From a virus (Duplodnaviria; Caudoviricetes), in the IMG/VR virus record IMGVR_UViG_3300027857_000023, positions 1 through 53,068 of that record: a DNA stretch of 53,068 nt; one strand, given 5' to 3'. Below the pieces are notes generated by a model. That model had not been told where the DNA came from, ran no database searches, and saw only the letters and a list, made by a program, of their open reading frames with translations. Numbering within the stretch: the stretch's first letter is position 1; every line of letters begins with the position of its first letter. Shown here piece by piece: positions 36,658 to 44,204 of this stretch. The position numbers and the translations under genes were made by a program.

Positions 36658-37084
36658 ACCAATCAAGTGGTCCGCTCTGACGCCTGAGCAGCGTGATGCG
36701 CTTGTTGCTGAGAAGGTCATGGGATGGAAGCCAGGGCAAATCTGTACAGGACTATTCTCAGATAATTATCATTGTGACCGCTGCGGCGCTACCTCCCTAT
36801 CGCATGAGGATCATCCAGCCGTGCCACTGCCCTACACGACGAGTATGGATGCTGCGTGGGCCGTTTGGGGAAAGATGAAGGAAGATGCGAAATGGCACCG
36901 GTTCTGTTTTGAACTTGATGAGGTTCTGACGCAGCACAAATATAGGAGAGAGGACAGAACCTACATCACATGGTTTGAGCAATTCTTAAGCGCACTCAAC
37001 GGCGACGCTATTTGCCTTGCTGCATTGCGGGCTGCGGGCGTCGAGATTGTGGAGCAAGAGACACTTGTCCACACAACAGGCTAA
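36650..37084 (+). CDS. Phage ABA-sandwich-like protein with Zn-ribbon insert
   Basis: RDALVAEKVMGW...CDRCG...PYTTSMDAAWAV...ICLAALRA. Confidence 0.65.
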   Translation: MTEPIKWSALTPEQRDALVAEKVMGWKPGQICTGLFSDNYHCDRCGATSLSHEDHPAVPLPYTTSMDAAWAVWGKMKEDAKWHRFCFELDEVLTQHKYRREDRTYITWFEQFLSALNGDAICLAALRAAGVEIVEQETLVHTTG

Positions 37085-37107
37085 CAATGTGTATACAATG
37101 TGGATAA
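37065..37107. promoter_or_regulatory. Cluster of DnaA-box-like 9-mers
   Basis: ttgtccaca 37065, tgtgtatac 37088 and perfect tgtggataa 37099. Confidence 0.5.
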
Positions 37108-37175
37108 GTTGCTTATAGTCTAGGGAGCCAGGCCACGAACTCCCTACTGAATTGAGGAGAAGGAAGGACGAAAGA

Positions 37176-37463
37176 ATGAGCGAATTCGTTAAAAGTGCTA
37201 TTGACTGGAAGAAGGTGCGAGACGAGCGTGTTCCGCCTGTATCAAAAGATGATCCAGCATTAGCGCGAGTATATGCCCAACTGCGATGGCTAGATACGCA
37301 TACAACACCAGAGGGAAATGACCCTCACACAGGGAGACCATGGACTGAACTTCGCGTAGAATTTCACCAGAGTCTTCTCGACGAAATAGAGCGTTACCGT
37401 TGGCGAAAAGCGGGGTTTGAACCAACACAGGAAATGTTGGATGTGTGCCGCGATAAGGCATGA
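37176..37463 (+). CDS. Hypothetical protein
   Basis: AAGGA RBS. Confidence 0.55.
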   Translation: MSEFVKSAIDWKKVRDERVPPVSKDDPALARVYAQLRWLDTHTTPEGNDPHTGRPWTELRVEFHQSLLDEIERYRWRKAGFEPTQEMLDVCRDKA

Positions 37464-37658
37464 GCATGAGGAAATAATGGACGTAAAAATAACCGATTAC
37501 ACGCTCTCCGTGCCCATGGGGAGGATAGATGTCTCTCCCGAAGGCAAGCAGGTCTGGACTTCGCTACCGTATCCAGCCCGTCTATGACGGTGGAAGTGGT
37601 ACATTATGGGAAGAAGTATAAGGGCGCGCTGTATCTGGTTGAGGATCAAGAGTCAGTC

Positions 37659-37687
37659 TTGCAGCCGTGAGCCAGGCTTGCTATACT
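37659..37687 (+). promoter_or_regulatory. Promoter for the tRNA-like RNAs
   Basis: TTGCAG-17-TATACT with extended TG, ending 6 nt before the first tRNA-like 5' end. Confidence 0.7.
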
Positions 37688-37693
37688 GAGGCC

Positions 37694-37787
37694 GGGTGAG
37701 TATCCAAACGGTAAGGAAACTGACGTATTCAGGGGGCAATACGGTACCGGGGTATTGCTATTGGAGGTTCGATTCCTCCCTCATCCA
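37694..37787 (+). tRNA. Atypical class II tRNA-like RNA (Tyr/GTA-like, 5-nt anticodon loop)
   Basis: Acceptor gggtgag/ctcatcc+A, D arm tcc-aaacggtaa-gga, ctga-cgtat-tcag, long variable arm gcaatac/gtattgc, T arm ggagg-ttcgatt-cctcc. Confidence 0.7.
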
Positions 37788-37800
37788 TCGCCAATCACAC

Positions 37801-37895
37801 GCCTGGGTAGCTCAGGGGCAGAGCACCGCACGAGCTCTGGGTAGAACTCATCTCGTATCGTGCGGAGGTCGGAGGTTCGAGTCCTCCTCCGGGCT
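37801..37895 (+). tRNA. tRNA-like RNA with expanded anticodon arm
   Basis: Acceptor gcctggg/tccgggc+U, D arm gctc-aggggca-gagc, 8-bp ccgcacga/tcgtgcgg closing 24 nt, T arm ggagg-ttcgagt-cctcc. Confidence 0.75.
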
Positions 37896-37917
37896 TCACT
37901 TCTCGTCTCTCTTCACG

Positions 37918-37954
37918 AGAAGCGCCAGGAACTGCTCTCCCGGCGCTTCTTCTT
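37918..37954 (+). terminator. Hairpin/terminator after the tRNA-like pair
   Basis: agaagcgcc/ggcgcttct followed by tctt. Confidence 0.55.
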
Positions 37955-38014
37955 GTGTATATAGACAGGGATGATAGAATGGACAGCACTATCTCGTAAA
38001 TGGAGGAATTATCT

Positions 38015-38746
38015 ATGAGCCACTTATCTCAGGTCATTGCAATCGAGAAGGACATTAAGGATAAAGCGTCACAAAAGCTCGCCCATGCCCGTGGCGTCTT
38101 TGGAAACCGTGGCGTCCTCTCAGGGATTGCCCGCACCTATACACCCATCGAAGACGGCGGAGAAGTCCTGCCCGCTGAATCCACCCGTGTGCAGCACACC
38201 GTTGCCCAGGTCCTGAAAGATACTCAGGAGAGCCTTGTGGCGCTGTTTGATACGACCGCCACGAAAGACTACACCAACTGTGTGGCAAAGGCAGATATCA
38301 TCGTTGATGGGAAGGTGCTTCTCAAAGGCGCTCCCGCAACCTATATCCTGTTTCTGGAAAAGCAGGTGGCAGAACTGTTGAACTTTGTCAAGTCGATCCC
38401 AACATTGGATGCTGCCGAGGAGTGGCGGCACAACCAGGCCCTCGATACCTGGGCCACGCCTGCCGTTGAAACCATCCGGTCGAAAAAGGTCATGCGCAAT
38501 CATGTGCTGGCCGAGGCCACCGACAAACACCCTGCACAGGTGCAAGTGTATGCAGAAGATATCCCGGCAGGCAGGTGGAAGACCATCAAGTACTCTGGCG
38601 CGATGCCAGCAACCGAGCACAATGCCATGATTGCCAGGATCGAACGATTGCAGCGAGCTATCAAGCATGCACGTGAAGATGCCAACCGGCAGGAGGTGAT
38701 CCAGCAGCACGCGGGGGAGCCACTCTTGCACTACATCTTCGGCTGA
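38015..38746 (+). CDS. Uncharacterised coiled-coil/beta-hairpin protein flanked by tRNA-like RNAs
   Basis: GGAGGA RBS; motifs LSQVIAIEK, LSGIARTYTP, LPAESTRVQ, ATDKHPAQVQ, AIKHAREDAN. Recalled as a family common in actinobacteria and their phages (possibly DUF7873; unverified). Confidence 0.8.
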   Translation: MSHLSQVIAIEKDIKDKASQKLAHARGVFGNRGVLSGIARTYTPIEDGGEVLPAESTRVQHTVAQVLKDTQESLVALFDTTATKDYTNCVAKADIIVDGKVLLKGAPATYILFLEKQVAELLNFVKSIPTLDAAEEWRHNQALDTWATPAVETIRSKKVMRNHVLAEATDKHPAQVQVYAEDIPAGRWKTIKYSGAMPATEHNAMIARIERLQRAIKHAREDANRQEVIQQHAGEPLLHYIFG

Positions 38747-38824
38747 TGTATACTCCGATCTGGAGTACAGACTGAATAGGAAGCTCAATCTCAATCAGAG
38801 TAGCAGACTCTTACTCCAGACGTA

Positions 38825-39003
38825 GTATTGTTACCTTCCAGGAAGACGTAGCATCGGCGCTTCGCCTGTAGTCGCGAGTTCGAATCTCGCCCCCGGCTCC
38901 AACATGGTTTGCAGAATCATTCATCATGCCGGGGTACATTCAGTGGCAGAATGAGCAGGCATGAGCAATCGCCAAACAAAACCGTCGGAATGGAAACAGT
39001 AAC
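38825..39003 (+). ncRNA. Circularly permuted tRNA-like (Y RNA/YrlA-like) ncRNA
   Basis: Order is T arm (38874-38890), 3' acceptor ccccggc+U+CCA, 26-nt linker, 5' acceptor gccgggg, D arm, all on a long terminal rod. Confidence 0.8.
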
Positions 39004-39008
39004 ACCTG

Positions 39009-39081
39009 CTAGTGTTAGCTCAGTTGGTAGAGCAGCAGTTTCTTAAACTGTTTGTCGTCCGTTCAAATCGGGCACACAAAA
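39009..39081 (+). tRNA. tRNA-Lys(CTT)-like RNA with degenerate acceptor stem
   Basis: D arm gctc-agttggta-gagc, gcagt-ttCTTaa-actgt, T arm gtccg-ttcaaat-cgggc; acceptor pairs contiguously only as gtgt/acac; no CCA. Confidence 0.7.
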
Positions 39082-39090
39082 AGCAAAAAG

Positions 39091-39132
39091 ACCTCCCGAG
39101 CATGGGCATCAGCTCGGGAGGTTGCTATTTTA
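39091..39132. terminator. Bidirectional terminator
   Basis: acctcccgagc/gctcgggaggt with an A-run before and T-rich sequence after, between convergent units. Confidence 0.8.
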
Positions 39133-39143
39133 TAGTGTCATGT

Positions 39144-39554
39144 CTAACTCCATCCCTGAATCGTCAGACTCCACGGGCCGGCCGCCTGCACCTCAAGATA
39201 CACACTACCTGCTCCATGCACATAGTCCGTCCCTTTGAGCAGTGATGTTGCATCACAAGGCGCATTCACCACCAGCTCCTGCCCGCTCACATAATGGGCA
39301 TACACCGTCAGGGTCACCGTCATATCCTCGCATGTGTAGGACACACTCCACTCGTTTGGGACGGTGAAGAGCGCCGTGTTATCCGAGTGTTGCCCCTCAA
39401 ACGTCACGATCGTATTCCATTGCTCCGAGACCGCCGTTACGCGACCGAGAAAGATCCCGCCCAGAAATACACCGATGAAGAGGGCGATACTGATCAAGGT
39501 GTTCAGGTTCTGCTTCCGCTTCGCCGGTTGTGGTATTGGTCCACCTGGTTGCAT
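39144..39554 (-). CDS. Single-TM protein with extracytoplasmic beta domain (moron)
   Basis: AGGAGG RBS; TM LISIALFIGVFLGGIFLG; C-terminal VYLEVQAAGPWSLTI. Confidence 0.65.
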   Translation of the reverse strand: MQPGGPIPQPAKRKQNLNTLISIALFIGVFLGGIFLGRVTAVSEQWNTIVTFEGQHSDNTALFTVPNEWSVSYTCEDMTVTLTVYAHYVSGQELVVNAPCDATSLLKGTDYVHGAGSVYLEVQAAGPWSLTIQGWS

Positions 39555-39695
39555 GATTATTCCTCCTGCCAAATAATTCGATACGAATCACTATACGCCG
39601 AATCAACGCAAATGGATGATAACGGTAACACGGGCAGGCTGGTGATACATTCTGATGCATTTCTTGTCGGTACTCAATCACTGGATACTCATATA

Positions 39696-39724
39696 TTGAA
39701 CAAGTTCATTTTTTCGGGTATACT
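39696..39724 (+). promoter_or_regulatory. Promoter for the packaging/late operon
   Basis: TTGAAC-17-TATACT upstream of the small terminase. Confidence 0.6.
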
Positions 39725-39762
39725 GCGAGCAAGCGAGTGTATTGCGAAATATGAGGAGAGAG

Positions 39763-40263
39763 ATGCCACGCACCTGCACGATCTGTAGTCATCCAGAGCG
39801 ATCTGCTATTGAAGAGGCTGTTGTTGCCGGTACATCATTTCGAATCATAGCGAGTCGTTTTTCCGTTGGGGCAGCTTCTGTTCAGAGGCATGTCGCTGAT
39901 CACGTCGCAAACTCCATTAAGCAATCACAGACGGCGAAAGAGGAAGCTCAGGGTCTGGACGTCGTGAAACAACTCAAGTTCATCAATACCGTCACTCTCG
40001 ATATTCTTGCCGAGTCGCGCAGTGGCAAGGAAAAGAAGAATGGTATGGCTCTCTTCGCCATAGACCGCGTGATTAAGCAACTTGAGCTGCAGGCGAAGCT
40101 CCTCGGTGACATCGATACACCTCAGGTGAATATCATGATATCACCCGAGTGGCAAACGATACGCGGGACGATCATTCACGCGCTTACTCCCTATCCCGAC
40201 GCCCGTGTCGCTGTAGCTGGCGCCCTTGCCACATTGGAGGGTAATCATGCTCGCCTCAACTGA
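39763..40263 (+). CDS. Terminase small subunit-like HTH protein
   Basis: CTICSHP...SFRIIASRFSVGAASVQRH; directly upstream of the ATPase gene. Confidence 0.75.
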   Translation: MPRTCTICSHPERSAIEEAVVAGTSFRIIASRFSVGAASVQRHVADHVANSIKQSQTAKEEAQGLDVVKQLKFINTVTLDILAESRSGKEKKNGMALFAIDRVIKQLELQAKLLGDIDTPQVNIMISPEWQTIRGTIIHALTPYPDARVAVAGALATLEGNHARLN

Positions 40264-40991
40264 TTTGGCTATGGGGCTTGATCCAGTACATCTGTCGTTG
40301 GCCGCTGGTATTGAACCCGATGCATGGCAAGCTCGATTGCTCAGAAGTCAATCACAACAACTGTTACTCAATTGCTCCAGGCAGGTGGGGAAAAGTACCA
40401 CCACGGCTGTGCTCTCAGACCACACTGCATTCTACGAACATGGTGCGCTTATCCTCTTGCTCTCTCCATCCATGCGACAATCGCAAGAGCTATTCAGGAA
40501 GTGCCTGGAGGTGTACCGCGCTCTTGGTCGACCAGTGCCTGCGGAATCAGAGAATGCGCTTAGTCTTGAATTAGAGAATGGTTCGAGGATTGTGAGCTTA
40601 CCAGGCAAAGAGGGTAGTATCCGGGGCATGAGTAGTGTACGACTGCTCATCATAGATGAAGCAAGTCGTGTCCCTGATGCGCTTTATATGTCGGTACGGC
40701 CAATGTTAGCTGTGAGTGGGGGGCGTATCCTTCTGTTGAGCACGCCATTCGGGACGCGTGGCTTCTTCTATGAGGCATACAAACAGCGGTCTGAATGGGA
40801 CTATTATGAGATTCCTGCTACAGAGTGCCCACGCATCTCTCCTGAGTTCCTTGCAGAAGAGAAGGAAAGCATGGGACAGTGGTGGTTCGAACAAGAACAT
40901 GTGCAAGTTTTTGGACGCTCAGACATCGGCCTTCCGTAGCGAGGATATTGAGCAGATTGTCGATCCAAAGGTGGAAACATGGCAGTTTTGA
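40247..40991 (+). CDS. Terminase large subunit ATPase domain, with +1 frameshift near 40898
   Basis: Walker A SRQVGKS, Walker B LIIDEA, LSTP; WWFEQE continues as MCKFLD...TWQF in the +1 frame. Confidence 0.85.
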
Positions 40992-41692
40992 TTGATACTC
41001 TCAATCCTATTTGCATCGGTGTAGATGTAGGACAAATTCACGACCCTACAGCCATTGCTATTGCAGAAGTAACCCAGGTCCATACAGGAAAATATCAGTA
41101 TGGACGTGAGCAGACGCTGGGGCATCATGATCATTTCGGCCAATGGATACCACCAACCGGCATTGAGCCAGTCATGCGAAGTGAATATACTATTCGCCAC
41201 ATCAGGCGGCTCCCGTTGGGAACAAGCTACCCGGATGTGGCTCTCCATATAGCGGAGATGCTCTGTAGCCAGCTCCTGGCAAACCGCAAAGTACGAGTTC
41301 TGATCGATGTTACAGGGGTTGGCCGACCCGTCTATGACGATCTCAAGAAAGAGACACGCTTGCGTCCTGAAGCCCAGCACGTCATCTTAAAGCCAATTAG
41401 CTTCTCGCATGGAGAGAAGTACAACCCAAGTACGGGCATACTTGGCAAGGCCTATCTCGTGAGTCGTCTGCAATCACTGCTCCAGGGGAAGCGCGTTCAT
41501 GGCCCGGATACATCAGAAATGAAAGCGACACTAGAAGAACTGCGCGTGTATGAGATTAAGGTTGACGATGCTGGAAAGGACACCTATGGCGCATCGATCG
41601 GCAAGCATGACGATCTGGCGACGGCGCTAGGCCTGTCCTGTTTAGAAGATCCGTGGAGTGATCGTGTCGCCTATAGCAATCGCGTGTATTGA
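40979..41692 (+). CDS. Terminase large subunit nuclease (RNase H-like) domain as a separate gene
   Basis: IGVDVGQIHDPTAI, IDVTGVG, KHDDLATAL; own AAGGTGG RBS. Confidence 0.85.
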   Translation: MAVLIDTLNPICIGVDVGQIHDPTAIAIAEVTQVHTGKYQYGREQTLGHHDHFGQWIPPTGIEPVMRSEYTIRHIRRLPLGTSYPDVALHIAEMLCSQLLANRKVRVLIDVTGVGRPVYDDLKKETRLRPEAQHVILKPISFSHGEKYNPSTGILGKAYLVSRLQSLLQGKRVHGPDTSEMKATLEELRVYEIKVDDAGKDTYGASIGKHDDLATALGLSCLEDPWSDRVAYSNRVY

Positions 41693-41703
41693 GTAGGGGA
41701 AAC

Positions 41704-41946
41704 ATGGAAGTAACACAAGACAATACGGCTATGCTGCCGCCGGGGGATTTTGAGAAGCTGAGCAAGCATGAACGAGAAGAGTTCCATGCGCTACAAGAGA
41801 AGATGGTGCAGTATCTCATCCAGGGGAGCAACCATTTTCAAGTGCAGTTTCCTGGCCTACATGTGGAGTGGCGTTTTCAGGTGGAGGTGTACTCAAGTGT
41901 GCAAATGAAGCCGTCTACTGTGCATTATAGCGGTCGTGTGTATTAG
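41704..41946 (+). CDS. Hypothetical protein
   Basis: GGGGG RBS-like sequence; its C-terminus resembles that of the nuclease gene (YS.RVY). Confidence 0.5.
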   Translation: MEVTQDNTAMLPPGDFEKLSKHEREEFHALQEKMVQYLIQGSNHFQVQFPGLHVEWRFQVEVYSSVQMKPSTVHYSGRVY

Positions 41947-41957
41947 GAGTTATCGGT

Positions 41958-42194
41958 ATGCCAGATCAAGATAGTAGGCCTCTCCCGGTGTTAGAAACGA
42001 CCATGAATCAACATGGGCTCAAGATTTCGCTTGCCTCTGAGAAGGAGGCCTTATCGGTAACGCTCCCATCTGAGATGGTCGATGCACTCTGTCTTAGGTG
42101 GCAGACATTCCAGAACGGGACCGCGACGGAGAGTGCTTTGTGGGGAAGGCACTATACAGGACACTGGCCTGATCTTGATAGTTTAGGGAAGTAG
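41958..42194 (+). CDS. Hypothetical protein
   Basis: AGGAG RBS. Confidence 0.5.
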   Translation: MPDQDSRPLPVLETTMNQHGLKISLASEKEALSVTLPSEMVDALCLRWQTFQNGTATESALWGRHYTGHWPDLDSLGK

Positions 42195-42202
42195 GAGTAG
42201 CT

Positions 42203-42403
42203 ATGCTCGTAACGACTGTCAAATGTGAGATGTGTGATGCGCAATTCCCTGTTAATATCCACCAGCGTCACTATGAATGGGATATTCCTTCTGCATGGCT
42301 TTCCGTTTTTCGTGGCAATCCTCAACACACAGAAGGTCATCATTTTTGCTCTCCTCACTGCCTATCTCAGTGGCTGGCCAACCTGAAAAGTGAGGTGAAA
42401 TAA
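42203..42403 (+). CDS. Small Zn-finger protein
   Basis: CEMC...HFCSPHC. Confidence 0.65.
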   Translation: MLVTTVKCEMCDAQFPVNIHQRHYEWDIPSAWLSVFRGNPQHTEGHHFCSPHCLSQWLANLKSEVK

Positions 42404-43899
42404 TGCAGACGATGATCCCGTCAAAAACACAAGCACAACCGGTGTACGAGATTACCGACGCCGATCGCACTCGCCAGAAGCTCATCGCCGATACCTGGAA
42501 GGCGTACCATGGACTACTTGATCCACCACTGCAGAAGATGCCTGATGGGACCGATCCCAACGTCCTTTCTAACCGCTGTATGCCGGTCGTCAACGCTGGC
42601 ATTGATTTCTTATTTGGCAAAGAGATTGAAATCAGTGTGGAGGAAGGAGCGCCAGCAGAGGCTCAGAAGGTACTCAATCGGATTTGGGGGCGCAAAGAGG
42701 CACGTCTACCACTCCTGCAAAAGCTGGCCATGAATGGCGCGATATCTGGCCAGGCCCTTCTCCGTATTGTGCCAGGTGGAAACAATACCTTTCGATTGGT
42801 AGTGGTTGACCCGGCGACGGTCTTTGTACAGTCCGCGCCGCAGGACTGTGAGACAGTGTTATTGTATTGCATTGAGTATAGCACGTCAGAAAAGACGAAT
42901 GGACAGCCAACCCAGGTCTACTATCGTGAGGAGATCACCCGTATTGATCCTCCGAAACTTGGGGATGATCCGACCTACGAGGTGGTGAACGATGAAGGCA
43001 TCGACGCTGATATCACCTGGAGTATCCAGCACTGGTCGCGCATTGGTGAGCGGGGACCATGGGTGGCAGCCGGTGACCCAATTATCTGGCCTCACCCATT
43101 CGCGCCACTCTTCCCCTGCCAAAATATGCCCAATCCGAATAGTTTCTGGGGGTTGTCCGATCTCCCGCCTGACCTGGTTGGTTTGAACAAATCGCTGAAT
43201 CTGACACAATCATGCGCTGAATTGGTCGAGATCCTCTTTGGGCACCCACTTTTGTATGCCACAGGCACTGGAGATCAGAACATTGATATTCGACCTGGCG
43301 TGATCCACGGCTTACCATTGACCGAAAGCAAGATTGCTGCGGTCCCTCTTGTGAGTGATATGGTCAACTCCCTCAAGTTCGCCGACAACCTACGCAGCGA
43401 TATCGATGAGCAGAGTGGTGTTCCTGGGATCGCGACCGGACGTGTTTCGATGATGCCACGAGGGAGCTTGAGCGGTATAGCAATCGAACTGCTGTTTATG
43501 TCGTTACTCAAAAAGACGGAAAAGAAGCAGTGTCTCTATGGCGAACTGATTATCGATGTCAGTCAAGCGCTACTCGTGCTCAATGGCATGTCTGGCGATA
43601 TCGATATCACGCTGGCCTGGCAGAATCCGTTGCCACATGACGATCTCCCATCGGTGCAGGCGGCGCTCGCGAAGAAAGAGATCAACATCTCAGACACGAC
43701 GCTGCAGCGCGAGTTGGGCTATGATCCTGATGAAGAGGCCCTGCTCAGCCAGGCAGAGGACGAGCGTAAACTTGCCAAACAGATGCCTATGGTGGATAGC
43801 CTGGCGCCTTCTGTCCCTGGCGTGCCTGCGCTGCCAGGGCAAAAGCCGCCAATGCCTACACCGGGGCTGCAAGTAGGACCAGGAGGGAATCACGCGTGA
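42403..43899 (+). CDS. Portal protein (SPP1 gp6-like)
   Basis: 498 aa after the terminase; NRC..VVN, GLSDL, SGIAIELLF, W.NPLP.D. Confidence 0.85.
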   Translation: MQTMIPSKTQAQPVYEITDADRTRQKLIADTWKAYHGLLDPPLQKMPDGTDPNVLSNRCMPVVNAGIDFLFGKEIEISVEEGAPAEAQKVLNRIWGRKEARLPLLQKLAMNGAISGQALLRIVPGGNNTFRLVVVDPATVFVQSAPQDCETVLLYCIEYSTSEKTNGQPTQVYYREEITRIDPPKLGDDPTYEVVNDEGIDADITWSIQHWSRIGERGPWVAAGDPIIWPHPFAPLFPCQNMPNPNSFWGLSDLPPDLVGLNKSLNLTQSCAELVEILFGHPLLYATGTGDQNIDIRPGVIHGLPLTESKIAAVPLVSDMVNSLKFADNLRSDIDEQSGVPGIATGRVSMMPRGSLSGIAIELLFMSLLKKTEKKQCLYGELIIDVSQALLVLNGMSGDIDITLAWQNPLPHDDLPSVQAALAKKEINISDTTLQRELGYDPDEEALLSQAEDERKLAKQMPMVDSLAPSVPGVPALPGQKPPMPTPGLQVGPGGNHA

Positions 43900-44066
43900 G
43901 AATACTCATTCAACCATTTTTCATCATCGTGTCTGCCATCCTGGTGCGTTTCGCAGACTTAGCAATCAGCTCGATTATCGCTCATGGCGTTATCCGGGCG
44001 ATTTGCTATGGCATTATTGCCGTTCTGGCGCTTGTTTTTGTCGTGGCAACACTCTTTGGACTCTGA
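43896..44066 (+). CDS. 56-aa two-TM protein (not in ORF track)
   Basis: GTGA overlap, GGAGG RBS, hydrophobic. Confidence 0.5.
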   Translation: MRILIQPFFIIVSAILVRFADLAISSIIAHGVIRAICYGIIAVLALVFVVATLFGL

Positions 44067-44080
44067 AAGGAGCATGATCT

Positions 44081-44203
44081 ATGGGTGGAAAGCCAAGTAA
44101 GGGCACCAAGCCTGACATGAGGCTTAAGGCCAACAATCCGAATGCTGGCAAGTCGAAGCCGCCAGTGAAGACGCAACCACCTCAACTCAAGAAAGGAAAC
44201 TGA
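44081..44203 (+). CDS. 40-aa basic Lys/Pro-rich peptide (not in ORF track)
   Basis: AAAGGAG RBS; MGGKPSKGTKPDMRLKANNPNAGKSKPPVK. Confidence 0.6.
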   Translation: MGGKPSKGTKPDMRLKANNPNAGKSKPPVKTQPPQLKKGN

Positions 44204-44204
44204 T

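Noticed and set aside
37477-37670. Possible frameshifted gene (36-aa and 28-aa ORFs)
   Set aside because: The ATGA overlap fits two coupled mini-genes equally well; it cannot be resolved by eye.
37801-37895. Group I or BHB intron in a tRNA
   Set aside because: The insert is only about 24 nt, no clear bulge-helix-bulge is visible, and the context is bacterial.
38120-38794. 224-aa antisense ORF (also 23801-24520, 24812-25516 and 45770-46474)
   Set aside because: These are shadows of well-supported plus-strand genes with no RBS or recognisable motifs.
38825-39003. Two-piece permuted tmRNA
   Set aside because: No G3:U70 pair, the discriminator is U rather than A, a full D stem is present, and there is no room for a tag ORF or pseudoknots.
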